A stretch of 64,000 bases of DNA from Rhodosorus marinus CCMP1338 (taxonomy: Eukaryota > Plantae > Rhodophyta): assembly GCA_029953675.1 (NCBI GenBank), contig JAMWBK010000003.1:1736001-1800000 (forward strand). The letters run 5' to 3'. This document shows positions 11,040 to 25,400 of this stretch, in pieces. The position numbers and the translations under genes were made by a program. The notes under the pieces are model-generated. The model searched no databases. It had not been told where the DNA came from and worked only from the letters and a program-made list of their open reading frames with translations. Positions within the stretch are counted from its first letter, which is position 1, and each line of letters starts with the position of its first letter.

Positions 11040-11750
11040 AATAGACAAGCATCTTATGGGGATAAAATTCTTGTCACGGTGGAGCAAAGCGAAGGCAGAA
11101 GTAGCACAAGGAATTCCTGCGCAATTCTCTCTTGTGAAGTTTCTTAGGGACGCTGGATGTTCTCTGGCAGTCCAAGTTGAGCGAGACCGGGTCCAGATTG
11201 TGCTGCCGTGTCTACGAGGTACTAAACAAAATCCTCTGGTAACTGGCCACACGGAGACTAAGAAAGCTAAACGGATGCTTGAAGGACCAAGAAGTTGCGA
11301 GACGTGCGCATCAATATAGCCCAACTCAGTCATCTTTAGTGATTCTATTTTTAGATAGACGCATCTACCTCTTACTTCAACTAACCCAACGGCTTCTCCG
11401 AACGAATCTATGATCGAGGCCTCTCCACCACGGAGAATAACCTGATATCCCTTTTTTAAGAGTACTTTTCCTCACTCAGGTCGTGATTCGAGTCGCCTGG
11501 AGAGTGGACATTGTGTCTTTGCTCGAACCTGGCTGTAAAAGATCAAAAACCATCCAGAACCTTTTCTTGGCCGCCTGGAGTGCTGGAAGAATGTTTGTTC
11601 ATGCTGAAGGTACACAGAAAGGAATTTTCAATCCTTCTCCGCGAGAGAGTGTTACCCGCAGCTTTCATAGAAAGTAGTGCTGTTAGAATGTCAGTCCCGG
11701 TTTGGCTGATGATCGCGTCATTGTTTGTGCTACATATGAGATATGCTTAA
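11040..11750 (+). CDS. Probable multi-exon gene of unknown function, divergent from RABGGTB
   Basis: Plus-strand splice signals (GAG|GTACTAA near 11219, CTCAG|GTC near 11479, GAAG|GTACAC near 11610) bracket open segments such as VVIRVAWRVDIVSLLEPG. The ends are uncertain. Confidence 0.35.
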
Positions 11751-12977
11751 TCAAGCCTGTGCTATAGAGTTGGATCTTGTTAAACGGATTCCTCATCCAA
11801 TTCAACGCTCGTGGAAATGGCTGCTGTCCATGGTAGTCCGTTTCTGAGCAGTTGTGTGGCGGAACTGAAGATTCTCCTCGTGTGCTTGAGGCATCTGCGG
11901 AATGAGTAAACGAGTACGAAGAAGGAAATCCATCTGTGAGATACATAGCAGTATTCTTCGGCGGTCGGAGGAGCTAATAGCACAGCCAGCGAACACAGCC
12001 AGCCCACTTGCTGTTCATCCTAGCTCAATGTTGATCACATACGCGGATGTACAGCGACATAGAAACTAAACCAAACCCAAAAGTCCAAGACAGGGAAACT
12101 CCTCTCTGACTGCTCTATCATCGATCGTGCTCTACGTCATGGCAATCAATTCTCTGCCAACGTGGGGGCGCCCCAAAGAGCCAATTCAAATCGCTTGCTA
12201 ATGGGGAGACTCGCGCTCTTCAGGGTCCTGAAAGTATCCCTTGAAAAAAGGAAGAAGAGTACCATGACCAGAAGCAAAAAAACAGAAGTTCAATCACGTC
12301 GGTGAACTACTCAAGACTCACCCGCCAACCTCCCTTCCACTCCGCACCTCTTTCACTACAATTTCGACACCTTCTGTACGCTTAACCACACGTAAATACA
12401 CGCAATTACATTCAAAACCAACTAAAATACCTCAAAAAACGAATATCCACTCCATTCCCCATCGCGCCGCAATAAACACAACCATTTTTATTTCCATTTT
12501 TCCAAATATGTCATCCAATAAATTTTCATATGACACTGGTCCATCACGAATTTCTAACCCCTATCCTTTTCTCCCTGAAATCAGCGATTAATACATTTAG
12601 AAAATAAATTATCAACTTTTAGATATCTCGTGAGAGCAAAAGAGGAAGCAAAGAAGGGGGGGAGTAAAGAATTTCAGCTTTGGCTTGCAGGGTTTTTATT
12701 GAAAATTTTGAGTCATAGTTGCTTAGCTTAATTTGAGCTAAATGATGGGAAAAGTGACATTGGTTTTCGGGGTTTTTTGTTCTCTAGGAATCGGTTGAGA
12801 TCTGCTTAGGATCCGTTGGATCAATTGTACGACGATCTGTGACGATCTGTACGGTTGTTATGTGGTTGTCGTGTTTGTATGTGAACTGGATAAGAAGCGT
12901 GGAGATGGAGAGATTGAGAGTTTTTTTGAAGGGGATGAAGGGGGGAGTATTGGCGTTTTTGGGTTTAGTGAGCAGGG

Positions 12978-14086
12978 ATGGGGGAGGTGGGGAGATTTCC
13001 AGAATGGGTGGAGGCTATTGTCTTTGACCTGGATGGAACGTTGGTTGAGACGGAGCTCTTGAAAGCCCGTTCTTATGCGAAGGTTGCTCAGGAGCTGCAT
13101 GAGTGTGCACCGGAGGACCGACTTAGACTGCTACAACCGGACTCAGATTGTCAGAAGACTATTCGAGATGTTCAGAGTGAGAAGGGGGATATTTTGCATC
13201 CTATCGTTGCTCCTACAACGATGTCGGAAGGCCAGAAGTGTGCTGATAGGGCGATGAAGGTTTTCCTCACGAATCTCGGGGCGACCTCGGAGTATATTGC
13301 TAGGAAACTGGTTGACGAGCTAGAAATTGAGCCCCTGCTCAAGCCCTCGATGGAGAGGTTTGGTAGGTTAACATGTTCCTAGTCGGTTCCACGCTGAGGA
13401 ATAAATCTCTAACAATTACCAGTATCTTAAACTGACACAGGCGTGGAAGAACCGTGGAAGGCCTTGTACAAGCTCAGAAAAGAGATGTACTACGATACTT
13501 TCGCGACAGAAAAAAATCTTTACGAGTCCAGGTACTTCTCCAAACAATATCCACTGCGTGATTCCTCGCATTGTCACAGCTCACAGCCTGCGATAATGTT
13601 CGCAGGTACCCAGAAGCACTCAAGATTGTAGAAGCAGCGCATCAGTCCGGCATTCCTTTGGCCGTCGCAACCTCGAGCTCAACGAGCGATGCCGAACGGG
13701 TTCTTAATGCCTTAGGAATTCGGTCAAGCTTCAAGTTTGTCGTTGGAAGAGATCAGGTACGTCGCCTCATTGCACTCAGTCTTTTCTCCGTCTTCGGATC
13801 TCAAGCTTGTGGCCCGGATATTATTTGACTTCGCCAGGTTTCGAAGGCGAAACCTGATCCAGAAATTTATCTCAAGGCTGCAAAACTGCTCGGGGCGAGT
13901 CCGGAGAAGAGCTTCGCTTTCGAGGACTCCGTAACGGGGCTTACCGCGGGACTAGCGGCCCGGATGCATGTTGTTGCAATTGCGAGCCCATTCACAAAAG
14001 ACTCCCTCCAAGCACAGGAGCTTCACCCACAGCACCTTGTGGCTTATGACCCTGCAGCGATCTGGAAGGCGATCCACGTTGCTTGA
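12978..14086 (+). CDS. HAD-superfamily phosphatase (beta-PGM/CbbY-like), 4 exons
   Basis: Motif [14 protein letters not shown], motif II VATSS, motif [14 protein letters not shown], motif IV FEDSVTG. Confidence 0.93.
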
Positions 14087-17000
14087 AAATGCAAACGGCA
14101 GCTATCCGGAAGTTGAAAACTTCTGCACAGTATTGCGACCAATCAGCGATTGACGAGGTTGACGAACATTCTCTTCTAGACCAGTTGCGCGAATCTTCGA
14201 CGCAATGTTTCCCTGTCGGGATTGCGTCGTGTGACCGTGGTCGTCCGGCCAGCATTGATGATGATTTGTAAAAATAGCCGACGGACGTGGTTTAGCAACC
14301 AGCGGCAATCAACCGATGGTGTGCATACTTGCGCTAAATCCTGGAATGGTCAGCACCGTGAATGCCGCGGAAGAGGGCACACTAGTTGGGCGAGGTTTCT
14401 AGGTTGCACACAAGAATTATTATGATCTTTCTCAGGTAAAATCAGATTGGGCTAGATTGCTCAAGTTGCACACAACCCTGCTGCGTCGCACCGAATCGAT
14501 TCCTGTAGATTTTGTCTTTTCTTGGCAAAATATACAAAAACCAGGGACCCGTCAACCAGCCACGCCATGGTACTCGGTTAAAAGAAGCACAAAGACGTCT
14601 CAGGAAGTATGTCCGGAATGTGATGCAATGTTGTAAAAATGAAGAGATATCTACTAGTCGCTGGCACGCCTTAAGTTGAGTGTTTCGAGTGACAGGCCGT
14701 GACTAACAACCCTCGCGATTGTTCATGGTCATCAGGAAGGTTGCGGATAAATTATCGAACCAGTTATGAACGCATCCGGACGTGGCGACCAATACCGTTT
14801 ACAAAAAACACAGATAGATACTGGCAAAAAAAGTCGGAGGGGATCCCGGTGAGGCCTGGTTGGAATGCTGACTGTCAACCCTGCAGCCAAGATATTCTCC
14901 ACAGTAGACACCGATCTTTATTAAATCGCCCACACTTCCTCCCCTGAAAAACAGACGGACCGCATCGCACCAAGGAATCCGAGAAAAAAACAACAAACTA
15001 GTTCCAAGGAACTCTACCAGAGCGTCCATGAAGGAAGGCGTTCTTTCAACGGGGAGAAGACCTTAAACTTACGCCAAAAAAAAGAAAAAAGGAGACATTT
15101 AGAAGACCTCAACGCACACCAAAATCGAACGCTAAAAAGTTTCACCTTCCATATATAAAAAAGACGGCCCAAACCTCCCCCCAACTCCCCCCCTCTCCCC
15201 CGCCACCCCAAGCCCCCCTCATGAATCATCCTGCCTGGGTAAAACACTGAAGTCCAATTGGCTTAAAAAGCAAATTACAGTGAAAGGTCCTGTCCATTAG
15301 AGATTGAATCAATCAATTCAACCTTCTTGGCCGGAATTTTTTTGTTTTTGAAGGGCAAATAAAAGAAAAACAGTTCCGTCAATTTTTTGATTTTCCCTAG
15401 AATATTATTAGTTTCCTCGATGTCGTTGGCAGGGAGAGCATTTTCATTTATTTTGCAAATTGTACTTTCTGAATCCGGTATTGAGAATCCCATACCGAGG
15501 AGGGGGGGACAGCATCGACATATTGATTGAGATTCTTCTGGTTAGCTTTTTTGTACCCCCTGCTTCTCATTTCTATTTATACCTTTTATGTAATTTTTGC
15601 TAACGTTTTACAGATTTATTTACCAAATATACCCCGAGCGTTCTTGTAGATAGTTCTCCCTGTGCCCGATATGTAACCCCCCTGCGTCTCCCCTTATACC
15701 CTTCGGGCTGCTCTTATCCGGGGTATTCTAAAGTGTCCAATCGCACAGTAGATATGAAAATCTGACGCCCTCTCATGTGTATCCACTGTCGCGGGATTTT
15801 GCTCAAGCAAAAAATTCCGGCGTTTTCCAAATTATGGAAATCTTTCAAAATCAGGAAACTAGATCTTAATCAAGGCCGTAACCACATTGCGATGGTGGTT
15901 GGGACAAAAGGCTTAGTTTCATTGGAAATCTCAAAATCTATTTTTAGAAAGTGTGGCTCTCAAGAATTCACTTACGAGCTTTTGCATCTGCGCACTGCTT
16001 GAGAGCTCCCTATTTTATGTTTATTTTCAGTGGGTTACAAACGTTAACCAGCTCACATTTTCTATTTGTATACATGAAACCCACCCAGCCCCCTCTCTAC
16101 CCCCCCCTCGTGGTTGCTCTGAGGGTTTTTTCCTATCATTTTCAGTATTTTTGGAAGCAAGGTTCCAAGAACACCGGCGAAAGGGGGGGGGGACTATTCG
16201 ATCATCCAAGAATGGGACAATGCTCGAAACCTGTGTTTTGGAATACGTAGAATATGAATTTTTCTATCAAAATTCATATAACCACGAGGAGATGGAAGCA
16301 AAGCTTGCTGGATGCGGATGGGGAAAATCTATTCATAGAAATACTTCGAAGGTTTGGAAAAGGCGTTTTTTTGCTGATGACCAGGTTTTGCTGATAAAAG
16401 GATTTCCTGATGAGCCGGGTGGGGAGGGGATGGGTGGAGAGGCGTGCGGACTACCATACAGTCACTGACGTGTTTCTACTCGGTTCCAATAACCTAGACT
16501 ACTACATTTACGCCTACCTCGGACCCTAGCGAGGCTTTGCAGAATCGAGTGTCTTCGTGGGGGGACTGTTTTCTATGTCTTCAGCTCCTCTGAACGCTCA
16601 CCCTGTCCCGACTCATCTCGAGGCTAAATGTTGATCTTCATGATATTATTACTCGTACTTGACCGGCCAGACCAAAAAAACTCCTCTCTAACAAAGATCG
16701 TGTTGAGTCGCGATAATATTCAATGATGCTGCAAGCAATGTCCCAGGTAATCAAAGAAGTGACAGTGGGACATCTCAGCCTACAAGAACTTTAGAAGTCA
16801 GTGACAGTGATTTGGGTGAAGCTACAATCCTTGCTCGTACCGAGGACTCATTCAAAGGGGCGTTTGACAAAAAAAGTGCGTATAAAAAGCTAATAAAAAA
16901 TATAAGTGGAGAAACTCACGACGCAGAAGGGGGTCGTTCCACCCACTAAATCATCACTTCACGTGCCGGTCGACCAGGTTTCAGTTGGGAGCCATGAAAA

Positions 17001-19393
17001 TTTCCCTCCAACACGTTTTTTTCTACTCCAGCCCATGGCCACTGACAAAATCAATACCCATTCAGGACCCCTATCCGTGCTTCTACGATCCTCTCGCAGG
17101 CGCCGGGCTTTACTCTTCTACCAGATTAGGCTTTGACGGCAACCTCTGACAAGGCCAATAAGTATGTATGTAGAGGTTGAACAAAAAAGGAAGTTTTTTT
17201 TTCTCCTCTCAGATTTTCCGCGTGGCAGACAGTTAAGGCTTATGACCGAGGGAATCCAGAATACCATGACGGCTCCGCTGTTGATCAAAGGCAAGGCGTG
17301 CCCCCATCTGCGCTACACAAATTAAAATGATAGTTCTTATGAACCCACCCCCCGCCCTAACCTCCACGACCACCCCAATCAAACAAGAAAATTGTTTCTC
17401 CCCCCTAAACCATGCCACCCGAATTCAGCTCCAGACTGAAAATTCGAAATATTGTTCAGCTGTCTTGATACCAATTGTGTCAGCCACTAGGGCGGTTGCG
17501 GTATGGAGACTTTCGTGTTTAATAATTTTTGTATATTTAGCTGTAGTTTGCAGCTCCGTCAACTTTTTAGTCGCTCATCCTCTTTTTCATTGAATTTACA
17601 AGCATTTTTTGTTCGATGCACGGCTTTGTATAGTCTCACGGGGGCGATCCTTCCGCTTACTCTGAAGCTAACAACTTTTTTTTTTCCCCTGTAAGGGACG
17701 CCCCTATATGATCCTAAATGTACACCAATCTTTCGCTTGAAAACCTGTTAAGCGTTAACGAGCGAGGGCATGAAATCTTGGGCGGCAATGTATGGTACAT
17801 CTCCCAACCCCCCTGCAAAAAACAGAGACTGCGCAAACGACCTGTTTTACTGGATTCGGCTTAACTCGGTGCAAATAGAAAAGGGTTGCAACTCCCTGCA
17901 GAGAAAGAGCGGACGAACAAATCTCCTGTTCAAAGTAAGGGGGGAGGGGGGGGAGAAGAGGAAAGGCGTACTTTGTAGGTAGTATCCAGTTCGAGGTGTT
18001 TCGGACATAGTTCCTTTTTGTTATGGAAGCCACCTCGGGCTTTTTTTGAAATCAAGAAATTCTGCGCCAAAGTTCCGTGTTTACTCTGCACAACACGGGG
18101 TTCAAAATAATAATCGGAATAAAAACTTGTTTAAGTCATCAAATACAGTAAGATATTACGACTACAAAAACCATTCTAGGCTCGGTCTACTTTTGCCTGT
18201 GAGAGTCGCAGCAGCCCGATTTCCTTTTTTGCCCGTTCTTCACAAGTGAATGAATAACAACTTGGATTTTTTTTTAGGGGTTTGATTCATTTCTCGTGAC
18301 AATAACTAGAATAAAGAAGAAAAAAGGAACAAAGTCCAGCAGATATATTCCAAAAGGGAGGGGTGGTACTAGGGGGTGTAGACGAATTACTTTGGAAAGC
18401 TGGCTTTATTGAGAAAAAGATAGAGGGATACGGAAAGGGCGAAGGGGTGTGAGGGGGGGGGTTTGGCTATGTACTCAAAGTTGATGGGGTCTCTGTTTCT
18501 TCAATGGGCTTTGTTTATGTTTATATGTTAAATTTAGAGCTATTGATGGAGTAATAGAAAGGATTCATAATTTGGGGAACCGGTGAAAGGGGAGTTTTAT
18601 GGGTGGGGGGGGTGAGGCTTTTTGAGGTGAGGTGATTACAGAATGGAAGTTAGCTTTTTTTCAGCCAAACAGTGTTGTTTTGAGTATTTTTTTATTTATT
18701 TTGGAGGAAAAAAAGTGGTGAGAAAGTTTGGATAGGGAAGAAGACTGCAAGGTGTGAGTGTTTTTCGTCCCCTTGCGAAAGCTGAACATATATACAGTTG
18801 GGTTTTTGGGGGTGTTTTTTTTTCTTTTCTTTTTCGATCGTTTTGGCTCAATTTCGTTTTGGCTGGGTGGTTTATCAGTGGGATGGTCTTGTTGAGACTA
18901 GTGGGAGAGGGCAACAGGAGAGGGGAGTTGGACCACAGCTGACAAGAGGTTGAAATTGTTTGGATGCGGTTGTTAGTGGTGGTTGTGGCGTGTTGTGTTG
19001 AGGTGTGAATGGATTTGTTCAGCGGTTTGTTGGGGAGTCTGCTTATTAATGTACGCGTTGAACGGAACGAGCGTTTAGAGGGGATTTAGGTTTGGATTCG
19101 GGGCGCCGACGTGAACTGCTTCTGATATAATCCGGATTGTTGAGGAGGTCGAGCCTTGCGTGGAAAGACCTCGGTTCTTCTAGGTTGTGTACGGGCTTCG
19201 TGAGATCAAGCTTGACCTGTTTTGTTTTTGTCCCGGTATTGTCTTGATCTCCCACTCTCTTTCAAGGAGTTCGGTAAGAAGCATGGAAACGGAAACATCA
19301 CCTTGAAACTTCATTGTTTCACCTAGTTTTTTTCGTGGGATGTGCTGAGAAACTTTGCTTGGAAACTGAATTGGTCTCTCTCCTTGCTCAACT

Positions 19394-20467
19394 ATGTCCT
19401 TCCTAGGTCTTATCAAGATGAGGGACTTCAAGAAGAACAGACCCATGGCTCTGCAAATTCCTTCCGCTAAGGTAAGGCGGAAGTCGGTTGGTTGGGTTCC
19501 TTTTCTTTGGGTGAGCTAAGAGAACTTTCGCGCTTATTTCGTAGGTGGAATTTTCATCCGTGGAAGATTCTGATATCGGAAGAGTAGAGATGACGGACGT
19601 TATGAAGACCTATGAGTCTAGTGCTCCCCCGCCGCTTTCCGCGCCGGGTATTATGAGCAACCACGACTTCGAAGCTCAATTGCGGGATGCAGTAAATGCT
19701 GCGAGTGGGATTTCGACGGATATGTCCACTGAGTACGGCTTGGGCAGTGTACCAACCAAAATGTCGAGTGTGCCCATGAGTGCTCGAGAATATCGCTCGA
19801 AGAATTACAATGACAAGGTGGTCGTTGAAATCATTGGGGGACTGTTTTCAGCTGTTCAGTAAGGCCTCTGACTTACCGAAATCGCTTTCTATCTACTTCT
19901 TTAGCTCTTTGAAGCGCACAATGACCGGCGTAGTGCACATAACATGTATTCGCTTCTCAGCTCGCCTGCAGACTCAGTCCGTCAAGAGCTGACCAGCAGT
20001 CGTGTTACGTCACCATTAACGTCGCCCCGACCCAACGCGGAGAATTACAAGGAACTCGCTGCTGGGCGACGTCAGATACGTACTTTGTACCGAGCCATGA
20101 AGATGAAGCGGAGCTCAAGGATATCGGCGACTAACATTGAAGCGATTTCGAAGATGATGGCCCCCCCCCCAGATGAGATGGATACTGTCGACAAGAAGGC
20201 TGCTGCTGCCATTAGGAATAGGCAGAATGCAGAGAGAGCGAGGCAAACAACAAAGCAGAACATGATATTAATGAAGAGCGAGAATCAAACTCTCAGAAAG
20301 GAGGTGGGCATGAGTACCTTCTGCGGAAGCATGGGGATGTACCTAGCTCGCGGGTTTGTGCTGACAGGACTTTCTTTGCACTTGCCTAGGTAACTGAGTT
20401 GCATGCGGAGGTCAGCTACTTGAGGGAACAGATTAATGAGCTCACGCACTTGCTGAATCAATCTTAA
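19394..20467 (+). CDS. bZIP transcription factor, multi-exon
   Basis: Basic region KKAAAAIRNRQNAERARQ, then after splicing a heptad zipper LMKSENQTLRKEVTELHAEVSYLREQINELTHLL. The start codon is uncertain (19394 or 19445). Confidence 0.8.
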
Positions 20468-21229
20468 GCTATGGCGAATATTTCTAGGCTGCCGTGTACC
20501 AAATGAAATGGGGCACCGAGGGTTCTGTTTCTGGGGGAAATTGCAGAACTAGCAACTGTACCCCGGGCTGCATGCATGCCTCTTGCATATATGATGTTTT
20601 ATTGGTTCACGTGCACGATCCTAAACTTTATTTCAAACAAATCGTAGTGGTCCACAACGTGTGGGGCGAGAAGCGCGCTCGAGCGAGGTCAGGATTTTTT
20701 CTTTTTTATTAAAGTTGGACCGAACGAATCAACTTGTTGAAAGATCACTGCGAGGAGGCTCAAGGTTTTCCCTGGGTCAGAACAAAACTGGGAAAGCTAG
20801 GAAAGCTATAGAGGGAACATGTGGGAGCTTTCCGTTCATTAATTATCATCCTCATGAGGCAAAGAGCTCGCTTCAAGGGATGAGGCCCAACGGGCGCGTC
20901 CTAACGGGGCCGCCCGAACTCACATCGGTCTTCCTTGTGCGAGATTAGCATCCTCTGCTTTCAACTTCACGGCAGTTGGGAAGTTCGTTATCAAGAGGTC
21001 AGGATCGCCTGGCCTTGAGAAGCCGCGAACCAAAAAATCCGCGTACAGACGATAAGCGTCCAGCAAGTGCCAGAGCAGTTGCTTTCGCAACCATCGGGCT
21101 TTACCCGAATTTGCACAACATCGTGTTGAAACATCAGAGCTGGACTGGACGATTCTCGCTTGGGGCTACTTAGCTCGGAAAGTTGGTTCTATATGACCGA
21201 TTCTGTTTGGCTCGATGTAGAAAATGTGG

Positions 21230-21720
21230 CTATTTGAAAACGTGCCTTTGGCGAACTCCCTGTCGGATGACAGAGGCTTGGGACCCGGAGTTGCTCTGCA
21301 CAAGGCCGTCTTCTGACTCAGCTGCCTAAAGAAAACCCAAGATTCGGTCATACACCCGCTTACCGTAGTAGAACTCACTCGAGAGGATACCTGAGGTCCT
21401 TCTAAAGGCATCCAGTGAGAGGAACTCACTTCGATCAGTTGCACAAACTGCAGAGCATCGACCAGCTCTTTTTCAAAGTCTGTGTCCGCTATCCCGGAGA
21501 AACAATCAAGAGAACATTCGTCTCCGCTACGGGCTTATTTTACCATTGCACTGGTGTGTCCACATCAGTTCTTTGTTGACCGCAGATACAAGATGATGAC
21601 TCAGCGAGAGCCTAAACCACCTGAGTAGTGCAGCTGTCTCTAAATCGTCTTGTTCGAGGCCAGGGCCTGTATTCGACGACGACTCCAACGCAGTGCATTC
21701 TTATGCTGATTTCTGGATAC
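21230..21720 (-). CDS. Hypothetical multi-exon protein (5' end uncertain)
   Basis: Phase-compatible GT-AG joins give ...LETAALLRWFRLSLSHHLVSAVNKELMWTHQCN-ADTDFEKELVDALQFVQLIE... No family recognised. Confidence 0.45.
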
Positions 21721-22027
21721 AAGAGCGTGCGGGGTACAACAGCTTTGCCAGTTCAAGCTTCAAATCCCGCCCGTTGCAGTTAGTTCGACTGACTACCAAA
21801 CCCTCTCAATCACACTAATGCTTTCTCCCGACCCTGGGTATCCATCCGGAGATCTTCGTTTTCTTCTAGGAAAACAATTTTCAGTGGCTTACGTTGGTCG
21901 CCAGATTCAGCTATTTCTTTGGCCAAGCAAACGAATGGGTTGGGGAGGGAAGGAGGGTAACATTCGTACTAGATTTGATGGTTTTTATTTTTGTAGTATT
22001 ATGTTTGATTAGTTGACTTTTGAAACT

Positions 22028-24269
22028 ATGATCTGCTTCTTAAGTGGGATGACACTCCCTCGTAGGAAGACGGTGAGGTTGGCACTGAGCAAGTCTGACT
22101 CATATCGGGAGATGCCTTTCAGCAGGGATGCAGCGTCTAGACTAAACATCTGGATTGAGGTCGACCGAGTACCAGATATTGTAGAGTTCGGGAAGGTTGT
22201 CAGAGAATTGGCATCTAATGGTGATATCGTTTCGATTGAAGAGGCCATGGGATTGCTACAAAGGAATGTAAGCTGTCGTTTTGCTTTCTGAAAGGTTTTG
22301 ATGAGGGAGACACCGACTTTAGAGAGCTAAATTGGTATTGTTTCGTATACTAATAGAATATAAAGCCGAACGCTTATATCATCCTCGAGATGATGAGGGC
22401 TCACCTGAATGATCGGAGAGGTGCTGATGATGAAGGCGCTTTAGCGATCCTCTTGGAGGCGGTAGAGAACGGTCTGGACGTCAACGTCCGACTGTTCAAC
22501 CTTTTATTTTCGTTCTATGGAAAAGAGCGAAGGATAAACCAGCTCGTTAGGCTCAAGAGGGAGATGTACAAAGCTGGAATTGCCGCCGATGAACTAACTT
22601 ACTCGGCTCTGATCACAGCGTTTGCGAAGAGCAAGGAGGTGCGGCTCGGTGAGCGTGCGTACCAAGATATGAAGAGAGACAATATCCGATGTACGGAAAA
22701 GATATACGGTGCTATGCTGGAGCTCTACGGCGGCTCTAATCGGGTCACCGCCGCGGAGAAAGTCTTCCGCTCATATCTGGTAAGAGGATCCACCGACTTC
22801 ACCTGCCGAATGAGGGTCGTGACGGTCGTACTACCTGCTGTAACTGAGGAGTGATTTTACTTTCGTTTGGGGGCGTTGCTGTCTGTAGAAGGACTGTGAA
22901 CCTTCCACTAGAATGTACACGAGAATGATATGCGCGTACGCCAACGCTGGGCAACGGATGAAGGCTTCTCGATGCTTTGAAGATATGAAGAAGCACGGTC
23001 TGGAGCCGACTCAGGTGACTTTCAACGCCCTCCTACGCTGCGAGACTCGATACGGCAGCGTGAAATCTGCTGGGAATATCCTCCTCGCGATGTTGAAAAG
23101 GGGGGAAAAGCCAGACGCGTATACGTTTGTTGCGTTAATTGATGCTTTTGGTAGAGATGGAGACGTTGACAAAGCCCTCGAGGTGTTCATGTTGATGAGG
23201 GAAGCGGGAGAAGTACCAACCACGAGGAGCTTTAACACGGTGCTGACGGCGTGTCTTCGGAATAGTGAAGTTGAGAAGGCGTCGAACGTTTTCGAAAATA
23301 TGCAAAGGTCTGGTATAAAGCCAGATCGTGTAACATATAACCTTCTCATCAGCGCATTCGGAAACCTCGGCGACCTCGACAAGATGTGGCGCGTCTATGA
23401 GATCATGGGGAGAAGCAATGAAAGCCCCGATGTCCACACGTTTACGCAGATGATCGTTGCTTTCACTAAAGCACGGTGGGTGGCTCAAAACACAAGAGGA
23501 ACATTCTCAGCAGAAGGAAGCAGCTAAGCATCTAACCTTTTGTCGACCTTCGCCACTGTGTAGGCGATCGGCTGTAGCTCGACAATTGTTCCAGAAGAGT
23601 CTAAGCAAAACAATGAAAAAGACTCACCCTATGCTTTTCAACGAGTACACGGATGCTCTGATTGAGGCTGAACAGTTTGAGGAAGCACTCGAAGTGTTTG
23701 AGCTGCAGAAGAAGAAAGGTGTCAGACAGAATGCAAAGTCACTTCGACTTAAAAGGACGCTGTATGATAAGTTGAAAAAGTTGAACATTGAAATTGAAGG
23801 CGTTACTGTTGGCGAAGCAGAGGAAGACTCGGCCGAGGCGAATGAAGCCTTAGCGGAAGAGGAAATCTCCCACGATGACGGGTCTTCTACGGTACTGAGC
23901 GGCAAGGAGGCGGATGATGGTGTGAAGGACGCGTATGTCTCGGTTGGCACTTCTGACTTGAATGCTGATGCTGACGAGGATATTGCGTCGATGGAAGTAT
24001 TGGAGAACGAATCGGACTCCGTAACCTCGCGAGTCGAGAGCAGCTCTGACGACGAAGTTGCGGACGATGAGGATATTGATGAGTTGATAGAGCAGTTATT
24101 TGAAGAGGAGGAGGAGGTTTTCGCTCAGGCTCAGGCTGTTCAAGAAGATGACCCAGTCGCTAGCTTGGAATCTGAAGACAACGTCGTGGAAGCAAGAGAT
24201 GGATTTCAGGATAGAGTCGCTGACGGAGGAGCACATGGCAAGGGGTCTGCTTCGCAGCCTCCGAAATGA
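22028..24269 (+). CDS. Pentatricopeptide repeat (PPR) protein with a transit-peptide-like start and an acidic C-terminal tail
   Basis: Tandem 35-aa motifs (LTYSALITAFAK, VTFNALL, YTFVALIDAFGR, VTYNLLISAFG). The last exon is Asp/Glu-rich. Confidence 0.93.
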
Positions 24270-24779
24270 GCTCCAAGTTTTTTTTTTAGGTCTCTCAAAA
24301 GTTTCTATTTTCACCACGCTGACTATTTTAACAACTAGTAGATTAATAAGAGTAAAGGAGTCTAAGGAAAGCGGAAGCCGATGGAACTGGAGGGAGAGGC
24401 GTTTTATTAACTGTGCGTATTGCGAATCCTCAGAATGGGGCTGAGACCCACCTGGCTCCATGGTACACGGGGACGGAGGTCATCGCGCAAATACGCAATA
24501 GGGGAAAAGTTTTTTTCAGATTCGCTTCCCTCCGGTCTATCCCCAACGAAATTCGAAAGGTCAGTGAGGTGGACTGGGGAATAGAGAGATCATTCGTGAC
24601 CCTCAAAGTCACTTAATCACATTCGGATCCACTCAACCGCAGTTCTACAGTCCCAATCTGTGCCGCCGTGTAGTGCCGCCCATCTGCTTGTTGTTTGGGA
24701 CACATTCACCATCGTTTACAAACAGGCTTGAGAAGTGAGAAGACTAGGCTAAACCGAGAGAACTGGCGTCTAAAACGAA

Positions 24780-25400
24780 GGCGGCAGTAGAAAACACAGC
24801 GTAAAACTCAACGAGGAGTGGAAACGTGAGTGAGAAGTTACGCCATGCGTTTTCAAACTGTTGTCGCGGAGATACGACCATCTCTCGACCTAGCGCACCC
24901 GTTCATAGACATCAGCGGGCCGTCCGCCGTCGGTGTGGCCAGTAACCCTATGCGCTTATTGACAGAATCTGGGCTCATAACCTCATCGCGATCGCGAAAA
25001 CAGTCCCGAAGCCATGTCGCGTGTGAACTCCCAATCAGTCAAAAGCCCTATATAACTAGCGGAACGAACTGGATGACGCTTCAGACATTAGCGTTGCCGA
25101 GCTTTGGGAGTAGATGAGGGTCACTAAGAACGTGGGGAGTGGCCCATGTATCGAGGACAAACCGAACGGGGGTGTTGGAAGCAAAGAGACCCTCTGCCAC
25201 CACATGACAAGGGTACATGCAAGCATCTTGCTTGTGTATTGCAGTAGGTCTCTATCTACATTCCACCAAACCGAGTCCACCGCTTGGCTCAGGAGGGGAT
25301 GAATCAGGGTGGGCGGAAACTCAACGAGCCCTACGATGGTCCTGAACTCACCCTGAAGTTGAACGAGGTATGGCTGCAAGCAGCTCTGCCATGGAACGGG
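24780..25400 (-). mobile_element. Possible degenerate hAT-like transposase remnant
   Basis: The minus-strand peptide FENAWRNFSLTFPLLVEFYAVFSTA resembles the 'F..AW....FPLL..F' C-terminal block of hAT-like transposases. The ORFs are broken and this was recognised by eye only. Confidence 0.3.

Noticed and set aside
15953-16468. 171-aa plus-strand ORF
   Set aside because: It starts at a non-ATG codon in homopolymer-rich sequence and has no family motif.
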